Source: Rickettsiales bacterium (GTDB taxonomy: Bacteria; Pseudomonadota; Alphaproteobacteria; Rickettsiales; UBA1997). From it: a stretch of DNA of 64,000 nt. How positions within the stretch are numbered: the first letter of the stretch is position 1; each line of letters opens with the position of its first letter. Positions 56,178-64,000 of this stretch are shown in pieces. A program made the position numbers and the translations under genes. Location: positions 2,409 to 66,408 of the forward strand of contig CANEVP010000004.1 of the NCBI GenBank assembly GCA_947442475.1, in the 5' to 3' direction. Under the pieces are notes generated by a model. The model was not told the DNA's origin. It ran no database searches and was given only the letters and a program-made list of their open reading frames with translations.

Positions 56178-58199
56178 ATGACAAATTCACAACAGTTTAA
56201 TTTTGACGTTGAAGTCGGTAAGGTCCTAAACCTGATGATTAATTCGCTTTACACTAACAAGGATGTAGCGCTACGCGAACTTATTTCAAACGCGGCAGAT
56301 GCTTGTGATAAATTGCGATATTTAGCTTCGCAAAATTCAGAAATTTTAGCGCAAAATGATGATCTAAAAATTTCTATCACAACCGACAAAGCCAAGAAAA
56401 TATTGATTCTAACTGATAACGGCATCGGCATGAATCGCGAAGATTTAATTCAAAATCTTGGCACGATCGCGCGCTCCGGCACTGAAAATTTCGTTAAATC
56501 TTTGACGGGAGATAAGCAAAAAGATGTGCAATTAATTGGTCAATTTGGTGTGGGATTTTATTCGAGCTTCATGATTGCAGACAAGGTGCAAGTGATCTCG
56601 CGCAAGTTTGATGAAGAAAAAACTTTTGCTTGGATTTCAGATGGCAGCACAAATTTTGAAATCTCAGAAGTAGATTCTAGTGAATTAAGTTCCCCCTATT
56701 TAGGGGGAACGAGCGAACGCGTTAGCGGCGCGATGGGGGTGAATAATTTAAGTTCCCCCTATTTAGGGGGAACGAGCGAACGCGTTAGCGGCGCGATGGG
56801 GGTGAATAATCCTCGCGGCACTAAAATTATTTTGCATTTGAAGGCGGATGCTTCCGATTTTCTCGATCGTTTTCACATCAAACACGTTGTGCAAACTTAC
56901 TCGGATCACATCAATTTCAAAATTGAATTTGTGCCAGAAAACCTAGAGGCGGGCGCTAAAATTGAAGTTTTAAATTCCGCTTCAGCTTTGTGGACTAAGC
57001 CAAAAGAAGAAATTACTCCTGAACAATATCAGAATTTTTTCAAACATATTTCACATCTTCCTGGCGATCCGTTTTTAACCATTCACAGCAAAATTGAAGG
57101 AATGGTGAATTACACCAACTTGCTCTTCGTGCCTTCAACTAAGCCATTTGATCTCTTTCATCCGGATCGCAAAACGGCGGTGAAACTCTACGTCAAAAAA
57201 GTTTTTATCTCGGAAGAATTAAATTTAGTTCCGGCCTGCATGCGCTTTCTGCGAGGCCTCATCGACTCTGACGATTTAGCGCTAAATATCAGCCGTGAAA
57301 ATTTGCAGCACAGTTTGGTGCTCGATAAAATCAGAAAATCAATTGTCACCAAAGTGCTTTCCGAGCTAAAAAAGAAGGCGCTCGAAAGCGAAGAAGAATA
57401 TCTAAAATTCTGGAATAATTTTGGTGCGGTTTTGAAAGAAGGGCTTTGCGAATCGTCAGATTTTCGTGAGAAAATTTTAGAAATTTGTCGCTTTGCTACG
57501 TCAAAATCTGACGGCAAATTAATCACGATTGCAGAATATTTAGATCGCGCCAAACCCGGCCAAGACAAGATTTATTTCTTAACGGGTGAGACGGTAGAAA
57601 AAATAAAATCATCACCGCAACTGGAGATGTTTTTTCAAAAAGATATTGAGGTTTTGTTTTTGACTGACTCGGTTGACGAATTTTGGGTGACTGTGGCTTT
57701 GCCTTACAAAGAGAAAGAGTTTCAGTCGATCAATCGCCATGATATTGATTTGGAAAAAATCGAAAAAAGCGACGTAGAAAAAGCAGCAAATGATGTGGAA
57801 GATCCTGAAATCAAAGATGTTACGGCGAGCCAGTTTGAAGGTTTGCTAAAATTCATCAAAGAAACTTTGGGTGGAAAAATTAAGGATGTACGTATTTCGA
57901 AAAAACTGACGGGAAGTCCGGTTTGTTTGGCGGTTGACGCGGGTTCAATGGATATTCGTCTTGAAAGATTTTTGCTGGAGCAAAAACAAATTCAGGCGGG
58001 AACTACGAAAATTTTTGAAATAAATCCTAATAACCTAATTGTTAAAACCTTGAACGAGAACTACAGTGACGCTGCAAAAGCTGCAGATGCTCGTGACAAG
58101 ATTTTTACTTTATTCGATTTGGCCTGTGTGATTGAAGACGAGCCGATTAGTGACGCGAAAGATTTTTCGAGAAGGATTCAGAGCTTGATGGGAAGATAA
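56178..58199 (+). CDS. htpG: molecular chaperone HtpG (Hsp90) with in-frame 2 x 21-aa repeat insertion
   Basis: RELISNAADACDKLRY, GQFGVGFYS, and the middle and C-terminal domains are collinear with bacterial HtpG. Confidence 0.96.
   Translation: MTNSQQFNFDVEVGKVLNLMINSLYTNKDVALRELISNAADACDKLRYLASQNSEILAQNDDLKISITTDKAKKILILTDNGIGMNREDLIQNLGTIARSGTENFVKSLTGDKQKDVQLIGQFGVGFYSSFMIADKVQVISRKFDEEKTFAWISDGSTNFEISEVDSSELSSPYLGGTSERVSGAMGVNNLSSPYLGGTSERVSGAMGVNNPRGTKIILHLKADASDFLDRFHIKHVVQTYSDHINFKIEFVPENLEAGAKIEVLNSASALWTKPKEEITPEQYQNFFKHISHLPGDPFLTIHSKIEGMVNYTNLLFVPSTKPFDLFHPDRKTAVKLYVKKVFISEELNLVPACMRFLRGLIDSDDLALNISRENLQHSLVLDKIRKSIVTKVLSELKKKALESEEEYLKFWNNFGAVLKEGLCESSDFREKILEICRFATSKSDGKLITIAEYLDRAKPGQDKIYFLTGETVEKIKSSPQLEMFFQKDIEVLFLTDSVDEFWVTVALPYKEKEFQSINRHDIDLEKIEKSDVEKAANDVEDPEIKDVTASQFEGLLKFIKETLGGKIKDVRISKKLTGSPVCLAVDAGSMDIRLERFLLEQKQIQAGTTKIFEINPNNLIVKTLNENYSDAAKAADARDKIFTLFDLACVIEDEPISDAKDFSRRIQSLMGR
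56685..56810. repeat. perfect 63-bp tandem duplication (GC-rich, hairpin-containing) inside htpG
   Basis: 56685-56747 is identical to 56748-56810. Each unit contains an 8-bp-stem hairpin gttccccc-tattta-gggggaac and the palindrome aacgcgtt, and encodes LSSPYLGGTSERVSGAMGVNN. Confidence 0.97.
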
Positions 58200-58284
58200 T
58201 CTCCCAGAGACAGCTAAGAATTATTTGAGAAATAAATTTTTATGAATCAAATTGTATCAAAATGATAATTAATTTGATTTAAAT

Positions 58285-58494
58285 ATGTCTCAAGAAAACA
58301 AATCACAACAAGAAGAAATAATCTTTGCGAGCGAATCAAATGATGGCAATAATCGCTACCAGGAGTTGCTCGAAGTCATGGGTATAAGGGATGAAGATTT
58401 ATCATCTACTCCAAGTAGCGCCCCAAGGAACAATGTATTTGCAAATTTGATCAGGATGCTTGTTCCATCAGAACTTGGGATCGCCAGAAAGTAG
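58285..58494 (+). CDS. hypothetical protein (69 aa)
   Basis: Isolated ORF followed by a hairpin. No motif recognised. Confidence 0.3.
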   Translation: MSQENKSQQEEIIFASESNDGNNRYQELLEVMGIRDEDLSSTPSSAPRNNVFANLIRMLVPSELGIARK

Positions 58495-58509
58495 CAATTT
58501 TTTAATTTT

Positions 58510-58536
58510 CTCCTCACAAAAAACTGTTGTGAGGAG
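58510..58536. terminator. bidirectional hairpin between convergent genes
   Basis: The 10-bp stem ctcctcacaa / ttgtgaggag has a 7-nt loop. T-rich on the left flank and partly on the right. Confidence 0.55.
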
Positions 58537-58564
58537 TTCGTTGTAATTGTTTAATCACCAAAGA

Positions 58565-59971
58565 TTATTCTTTCTTTTCCTTCTTATCTTCGTTCCCCAG
58601 CTCAATCAAATCATCAGCTCGCAGCAATTCTAATTTAGCTGATTTATCCAACCTCTCTTTTGCTTCCTTCGCATATTTTTGGCATTTATCTTTTTTATCG
58701 ATGAGCAAATTAAACTCAGCTAAAGCAAGTAACGATCTGCCTTCATCACCATTTTTAGAATAAGCGCTCGCCAATTGTTTGAATAAAAAAGGACTTTCTG
58801 CTTCAAAAATTTTCGCCTCTTCCAAGCGCTTAATTGCCAAGTCGATTAAATCTTTGTCATCTTTTTTCAGCGCCAAAATTCCTGAAGCAAAAGAAATTTT
58901 TGCTTGCGCCGCATCTTTCGCCGAAAGCAATTTAATCGCATGCGAGTAGGCCAAAACCGAATTTTCAATATCGCCGCTTTCAAATAAAATTTGGCCTTTC
59001 ATCTCAAATAAAAATCCTTTCTCCGAAGTTTCGCGATTAGGAGCGGCTATTATTGGATCTAGCAGGGCCATGGACTCAGCGATTTTTCCTTTGTGAAAAA
59101 GTGCGATTGATTTTTTGTAATTTGACAGCTCATCATTTTGATTTTGATATTTGGCAAGGATGAAATCGGAATTGCCGATAAAAGCTTCGAGCTTTGCTAG
59201 TACCATGTCCATGCGGCGTTGCAATTTTTGGTTTATTTTTTTGTCAGAGAATTTTTTGTTTCTCGTGCGCGCTTTAATTAGATCGATCCGTTTGCGACTG
59301 ACGGGATGCGACAATAAATATTCATCAATTTGGCCTTTGTAGCCGATCATTTCAGTTTCGAAAAATTCTAACAAATCAACCAAACCGTCAGCCGGATAAG
59401 CCATTTTATCAAGATATTCCACAGCGTGATTGTCGGCGGCTTCTTCTTGGGTGCGGGTGAATTTAGCGTAGAGGCGTTCAGCGGTGCTGGAGCCGCCGGC
59501 AATTAGGGCCATTCCGGCGTCGGGAGATCCGGCAATAACGGCGCCGATCCCAAGTAAATAACTTAAAAGCATGGCGCCTTGAGCTTGTTCTCCGGCTTCT
59601 CCCGAGCGCGCTAAATGGCCTGAGGTGATGTGGCCAGTTTCGTGGGCGATTACGCCAATTAGGGTGTCGGGGGTTTTATATTTTTGGATTAATCCGGTAT
59701 TGATAAAAACATTTTGGCCGCCTGAAACGAAGGCGTTTAAGCTGTCGTCACCGACAATGTAAATGTTAATATCTTGGGGATTTAAATTAGCGGCGCGAAA
59801 AATTGGGTCGGCTAGTTCGTGTAAAAATTTTTCAGTTTCAGCATCGCGAATTAAAGACGGGCCAGTTTGGGAGTAAGAATTTTTTGCTAAGCAAAAAAGT
59901 AAAATTAGGCTGAAAAAAAGTAGAGTTCTGCGCGGCATTTTTGTTTTTAAGAAAGGAATAATTTTTACCAA
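58565..59971 (-). CDS. M48-family zinc metalloprotease with TPR domain (BepA/YfgC-like)
   Basis: Signal peptide, HETGHITSGH (HExxH), and a downstream Glu ligand region (QEEAAD). The C-terminal half is TPR-like helical repeats. Confidence 0.85.
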   Translation of the reverse strand: MVKIIPFLKTKMPRRTLLFFSLILLFCLAKNSYSQTGPSLIRDAETEKFLHELADPIFRAANLNPQDINIYIVGDDSLNAFVSGGQNVFINTGLIQKYKTPDTLIGVIAHETGHITSGHLARSGEAGEQAQGAMLLSYLLGIGAVIAGSPDAGMALIAGGSSTAERLYAKFTRTQEEAADNHAVEYLDKMAYPADGLVDLLEFFETEMIGYKGQIDEYLLSHPVSRKRIDLIKARTRNKKFSDKKINQKLQRRMDMVLAKLEAFIGNSDFILAKYQNQNDELSNYKKSIALFHKGKIAESMALLDPIIAAPNRETSEKGFLFEMKGQILFESGDIENSVLAYSHAIKLLSAKDAAQAKISFASGILALKKDDKDLIDLAIKRLEEAKIFEAESPFLFKQLASAYSKNGDEGRSLLALAEFNLLIDKKDKCQKYAKEAKERLDKSAKLELLRADDLIELGNEDKKEKKE

Positions 59972-59972
59972 A

Positions 59973-60182
59973 ATGATTTACCACCCACTAGAAAATAAAG
60001 TCACCAAATTCATTAAGATCATTGCTTTCTGGAGCAGTATTTTAGGCATGCTATGGCTGTTTATTTTGATTTTTCATGATGATGTAAAAATTCCCCAAAG
60101 AGAAGTGATGGTGAAAGTTGATATAAAAAATCGGGTGAACATTTGCTTGCCAGAAGAAGAGGATTTTGCCAAAGATAAATAA
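59973..60182 (+). CDS. hypothetical small membrane protein (69 aa)
   Basis: A single TM helix (IIAFWSSILGMLWLFILIF). Divergent from the M48 protease gene. Confidence 0.35.
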   Translation: MIYHPLENKVTKFIKIIAFWSSILGMLWLFILIFHDDVKIPQREVMVKVDIKNRVNICLPEEEDFAKDK

Positions 60183-60194
60183 ATTTTAAGAGCT

Positions 60195-60953
60195 ATGCCA
60201 AAATCAAAAGAGCAAAAAGAAAAAGAAAGAAAAGAGAAGGAGAAAGAAGATTTATCAGAGGAGCAAAAAGCTCACGGTGATTCGATATTTGCGATAAAGA
60301 ATGGGCTTGAGGTAAAAATTCACGAATCTGAAAAGGTGCTAGCTGAGATCAATGATGTGAGGATGAAATTAGCAAAAGAAGGATTGAGCTTCTCTGAGAA
60401 AGGCGAAGAAGATCCTAAAGCTTTAGACGCAGAAATTGGCGAAGCTGCCGCAAATAGAGAATCCCTGATTCAAGAGTGGGCAAAGTTGTTGATTAAAAAT
60501 GCCAAAGAAAATGAGCCAGATGACGATGATGATGAAAATGAAAATGATGATGAAAATGGTTACAATGATGGAGGTAGTAGAGGTATCCGTTTTAATAGTT
60601 TGGAAGATTTAGAAAAATTCTCTGATGAGATGGAAAAGGCTCATCGAGATTTAGATATTCCACAATTCACAGAAAAAACCGAAACAAGAGGAGGTGGTCA
60701 TACCTATTATTCTCATCTTCCCAAGGCTTGCAAAGGTAAGGATGTTTTTGAGATGGATTCAGAAGGTTTAGCTGAGTTGCGTAAAGAAATTGAAGTCGAA
60801 ATGAGAGACAAAAACAGCAAGTTTTCTAAAGAATTTGCCGAGAGATATCCGGACAGATATGAAGAAAAATATGGCAGAGTTAGAGGACCTCATTCTGAAA
60901 TAGTTGTTAAACATGAAGAAGAGAAGAGGGTTAAAAAAAATAACCAAAGATAA
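60195..60953 (+). CDS. hypothetical charged protein carrying the shared 'GIP...KGKDVFxM' module
   Basis: Lys/Glu-rich N-terminus and an Asp/Asn acidic tract. Residues encoded by about 60582-60800 align with segments of the two ORFs downstream of xerD. Confidence 0.6.
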   Translation: MPKSKEQKEKERKEKEKEDLSEEQKAHGDSIFAIKNGLEVKIHESEKVLAEINDVRMKLAKEGLSFSEKGEEDPKALDAEIGEAAANRESLIQEWAKLLIKNAKENEPDDDDDENENDDENGYNDGGSRGIRFNSLEDLEKFSDEMEKAHRDLDIPQFTEKTETRGGGHTYYSHLPKACKGKDVFEMDSEGLAELRKEIEVEMRDKNSKFSKEFAERYPDRYEEKYGRVRGPHSEIVVKHEEEKRVKKNNQR

Positions 60954-61935
60954 TAAAGTGAAATCATACAGCCAGCAAATCTCCAACTTTCTTGAAAAAC
61001 TAAAAGCCGAAGACGGGCTTTCGCTCAACACCACTTTAGCTTACAGCAAAGATCTCGAACTTTTTGTGCGCTATTTAGAGCCCAAGAAAATCGCCTTCGA
61101 AAATGTCACCACCCATAATCTCACAGATTATCTTTATGAGCTGCATCAGCAAAATTTGCGGGCTGCATCAGTGTCTCGAAAAATTGCATCTTTAAAAAAT
61201 TTCTACCGCTTTCTTGAAAGTGAAAATCTCATCAAAACCAGTCCGGCGCTTTATTTGCAAAGGCCGAAGGCTGACACCAAATTGCCAAAATTTTTAAGCG
61301 AAGAAGAAGTTTTTAAGATGCTCGATTTCATCAATGCTGATAAATCAGAATTTGGTGTGAGGCTTTCTTGCATGATGGAAATTCTTTACGCCGCGGGGCT
61401 TCGGGTTAGCGAGTTAGTTTCAATTCCAATCGCTGCAATTCAGGAAGCTTTAGACGAAAATGGCGAAAAAACTTTGCGCAATTATTTAATTATTAACGGC
61501 AAAGGAAACAAAGAGCGCGTGGCTCCACTCAATAAATCAGCGATTAAAATGCTGATTGAATATTTGGCTTTGCGCAAAAAATTGGGTCAAGAAAAGTCGA
61601 AATGGCTTTTTGTTGGTATTGTGCGGGCGAGCAAAAAAAGCGGCGAAATTCGCAAGCGAGATTATGTCACGCGTGACGAGCATATAACGCGCCACAGGCT
61701 GCACCAAATGTTAAAAGAGCTGGCCGCAAAAGTTGGAATTGATCCGACAAAAGTTCATCCCCACGTCATTCGTCACTCTTTTGCTTCACATTTATTAAAT
61801 AGTGGTGTGGATTTGCGGATATTACAGGAATTGCTGGGTCATTCCAACATTTCTACCACCGAAATTTACACGCACATTTTAGATTTGAAATTAAAAGAGT
61901 TGGTGTTTAAGCATCATCCTTTGGCAAATTGTTAA
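60904..61935 (+). CDS. xerD: tyrosine site-specific recombinase, XerD-like
   Basis: N-terminal SAM-like domain (LS.NT..AY..DL..F). Catalytic R...H.xR.H...Y (GLRVSEL; HPHVIRHSFASHLL; LLGHSNISTTEIYTH). A GTG at 60958 is an alternative start that avoids the 50-nt overlap with the upstream gene. Confidence 0.85.
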   Translation: MLNMKKRRGLKKITKDNKVKSYSQQISNFLEKLKAEDGLSLNTTLAYSKDLELFVRYLEPKKIAFENVTTHNLTDYLYELHQQNLRAASVSRKIASLKNFYRFLESENLIKTSPALYLQRPKADTKLPKFLSEEEVFKMLDFINADKSEFGVRLSCMMEILYAAGLRVSELVSIPIAAIQEALDENGEKTLRNYLIINGKGNKERVAPLNKSAIKMLIEYLALRKKLGQEKSKWLFVGIVRASKKSGEIRKRDYVTRDEHITRHRLHQMLKELAAKVGIDPTKVHPHVIRHSFASHLLNSGVDLRILQELLGHSNISTTEIYTHILDLKLKELVFKHHPLANC

Positions 61936-61954
61936 GAAAATTTTTAAGAAAAAT

Positions 61955-63103
61955 ATGAAATCAGAAGCATTGCAGTCAACATTTCCTTTTTCGGTTCAAC
62001 CGACACCGACAAGTGATGAAAATCAGGATTTGCTTAGTGTATTGGAATCTCAATCTTCAGATCGTAAGGATTGGATGGATTCAGGTGATCTAGCTCAAGG
62101 AGCGCATATGATTGCGGGGGATCGGGCCAATGTTTCCACGGTTGTTCCGATATTTGGAGATAAATCTCAGGAAATTCTGCAGAGCAATATTGACATCATG
62201 CGTCAAGATGCACTTGAAGGGCGATCTACTTTAATGCCGATTCATCAAAACGGAAACCATTATACTGCGGGTTTTATGACCAGTTCTACTGGTGAAGATG
62301 GTAAGAAAAAATTGCATTTTCTTTACAATGATTCGCTCGGAAATGAAATGCCTAAAAATTTGCGTGAAGAACTTGGAAAGGATGTTGAAATTATTGATAT
62401 GAAAATTTTGCAACAGCAGAATGATTTTGAATGTGGAAATCATGCATTAGCAAATATGCAAAGTTTTCTTGATTCAGGTTTTGGAAATGAGGGTTTTGAT
62501 TCCGAAGCTCTAGAAGAAGAAATGAAAAAGAAAAAGAAGTTGCAACCTGATGACCAAAAGGAAAATCTTATAGAAATATCGCCTTCTGAATCGCCGCAAG
62601 AAAAAGAAAAAGGAGCTGTATTTAACGAAACACTCAGCAATCTTTTAGGTGAAAATTATGAAGGAAGAATAAAGCGCAATCAAGATGGCTCGATTGCCTC
62701 AATAGGCTGCAATAGTGAACAAGAAGCTCAACAAGTTTCAAATGCCATGAAGAGCTTTTGCGATGATATTGGTTTGCCATGCACGGTGACTAATAAAAAT
62801 GGTTCTTACGTAGTTGGGGTGAAAATGCCGCAAGAATTTAAAGATCGCGATCCTTTTTCAATGAAGGAAGAGGAATTAACGCAATTAAAGCAATGTCTTG
62901 CGAAGCAAAAAGTTACAGAAGAAGAAAAGTTGAAAGGTGCTGATGTCAAACTTGATATGAAGCAAGCGATTAAAGATGCTTCTGGCGTGATTCAGACATT
63001 GCGGGAAGTTGTTGAAAAAACAGATGAAGACCACCCCGATAAGCCGCCAACAGAGGTGCCAAATAAAACTGATGCAAATAAAACTGATGCAAAAACTAGG
63101 TAA
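61955..63103 (+). CDS. CE-clan (Ulp1/SENP-like, C48-type) cysteine protease, effector-like, with C-terminal shared module
   Basis: The ordered catalytic pattern is PIHQNGNHYTAGF (His), LHFLYNDSLG (Asp), then QQQNDFECGNHAL (oxyanion Gln plus Cys). Confidence 0.7.
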   Translation: MKSEALQSTFPFSVQPTPTSDENQDLLSVLESQSSDRKDWMDSGDLAQGAHMIAGDRANVSTVVPIFGDKSQEILQSNIDIMRQDALEGRSTLMPIHQNGNHYTAGFMTSSTGEDGKKKLHFLYNDSLGNEMPKNLREELGKDVEIIDMKILQQQNDFECGNHALANMQSFLDSGFGNEGFDSEALEEEMKKKKKLQPDDQKENLIEISPSESPQEKEKGAVFNETLSNLLGENYEGRIKRNQDGSIASIGCNSEQEAQQVSNAMKSFCDDIGLPCTVTNKNGSYVVGVKMPQEFKDRDPFSMKEEELTQLKQCLAKQKVTEEEKLKGADVKLDMKQAIKDASGVIQTLREVVEKTDEDHPDKPPTEVPNKTDANKTDAKTR

Positions 63104-63131
63104 AAAGTATTTAATTTAAAAAAGGAAGAAT

Positions 63132-64000
63132 ATGTCAAAGCAAGAGATCCCTCAAGAAAAAGCTAATCCACAAACAAAAAATCCAACGCTAGAAGAGAAG
63201 ATTCTAGAAATTGAAAAGCAAATGGCTGAACTCAACGGCGGTAAAATTGCTGATAAAAAAAGTTCTGAGCCAGAGCTTACCGCAGATGAAAAAGAGGGAG
63301 GAGTAGTAAAGATGTTAGTTGAGTATGACAATCCCAGAAAAGCTGTGAATTTCCTTAGTGGCAAAAGTAGTGATGATTTGGAATTGGAGGAAAAAGCTCG
63401 GCGCCTTAAAGCATTAAGAATTCAATTAGAAGAATTAGCATCACAAGAGGCAAAAAATTTAAGAGATGAAGCTATAAAAAATCAGCCGAATCAAGGCTCG
63501 GAGAACGAAGAAAATAGGGGCAGCGGAATTATCACTTTTGGCTCTTACGAAGAGGCAAAAGAATATGGGGAAAAAATGGCTAAAGCCTATGAGAGACTTG
63601 GTATTCCTTGCGATTTGCAATATAATGCTGAGCAAAGATGTTTTTTGATGAAATTGCCGCCACAATGCCGTGGTAAGGATGTTTTTTCAATGAGTCCCGA
63701 AGAGTTAGCGGCGTTGCGTGACTCAATTGCGCAAAGCTCTGTTACTGTTAATAAAGAGTTGGATTTAGGAGGGTCACCTCTTCTAGATGCAGCGCCAACA
63801 AATAATAACGCGCAGCTAGAAAATGGTTTTGCAGTTACGTTAGAAAGTTTGGATAAAAAATTAGCTGAACTTGCTTCGAGAAAAGGTGGAATGCGCGCAG
63901 AAGGTGACACTGATGACGATCTGAAGGCTCAAGTCGCTGCGATTGAAGCTTTGCAAGAAGCAGTGAAATCAAGAATGACTGAGCAATTGGAAAGAGAGCA
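63132..64000 (+). CDS. hypothetical protein, 3'-truncated by window end, third copy of the shared module
   Basis: Hand-translated open frame from the ATG at 63132 (GGAAG 6 nt upstream) to the window edge. It is absent from the ORF track because it has no stop. Contains ITFGSYEEAKEYGEKMAKAYERLGIPC...LPPQCRGKDVFSMSPEELAALR. Confidence 0.6.
   Translation, partial: MSKQEIPQEKANPQTKNPTLEEKILEIEKQMAELNGGKIADKKSSEPELTADEKEGGVVKMLVEYDNPRKAVNFLSGKSSDDLELEEKARRLKALRIQLEELASQEAKNLRDEAIKNQPNQGSENEENRGSGIITFGSYEEAKEYGEKMAKAYERLGIPCDLQYNAEQRCFLMKLPPQCRGKDVFSMSPEELAALRDSIAQSSVTVNKELDLGGSPLLDAAPTNNNAQLENGFAVTLESLDKKLAELASRKGGMRAEGDTDDDLKAQVAAIEALQEAVKSRMTEQLERE

Noticed and set aside
56685-56810. Tandem repeats here and at 51615-51764 as a CRISPR array
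   Set aside because: The units are directly adjacent with no spacers, are in-frame inside coding genes, and there are no cas genes in the window.

Overview
A+T-rich, gene-dense chromosomal window with about 70 protein genes, one tmRNA, and no rRNA, tRNA or CRISPR that I could see. It looks like a host-associated or intracellular alphaproteobacterium. The clues are a circularly permuted two-piece tmRNA with an ANDNF...ALAA tag next to an SspB-alpha-like adaptor gene, MITE-like palindromic repeats, an in-frame repeat inside htpG, and several eukaryote-targeting-style hypothetical proteins. This taxonomic call is an inference only.

Most of the window is housekeeping:
- Cell wall: dac, murC, murE, alr, pal.
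- Translation and RNA: ffh, rluC/D-type, rnd, ssrA.
- DNA repair and recombination: nth, xth, radA, ruvA, ruvB, xerD-like.
- Cofactor and central metabolism: metK, queD, phhB, coaBC, lipB, ubiH-family, tpiA, fumC, pyrF, a half-size carB, and lone trpF and hisI.
- Envelope: waaA, plsY.
- Chaperone and protease: htpG, pepP, an M48/TPR protease.

Accessory or unusual content:
1. The strongest candidate for a novel system is a tightly coupled nine-ORF minus-strand operon (41432-49248). It joins an SPFH/SHOCT protein, two zinc-ribbon/DUF4178 proteins, a micro-ORF and DUF350 to a dedicated polyamine module: a membrane-fused aminopropyltransferase, a Tat-exported flavoprotein, a polytopic membrane protein and SpeD. 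There is no PspA gene.
2. An m5C methyltransferase/restriction endonuclease pair abuts xth.
3. A DUF4160/DUF2442 pair carries a homopolymer frameshift.
4. A DUF1016-N/SNase fusion protein.
5. An IS256-family transposase relic sits inside a degraded gene.
6. Effector-like proteins include one inserted between ruvA and ruvB, a CE-clan Ulp-like protease, and three neighbouring ORFs that share a roughly 70-aa module.

All family assignments come from motifs read by eye. No database search was run.
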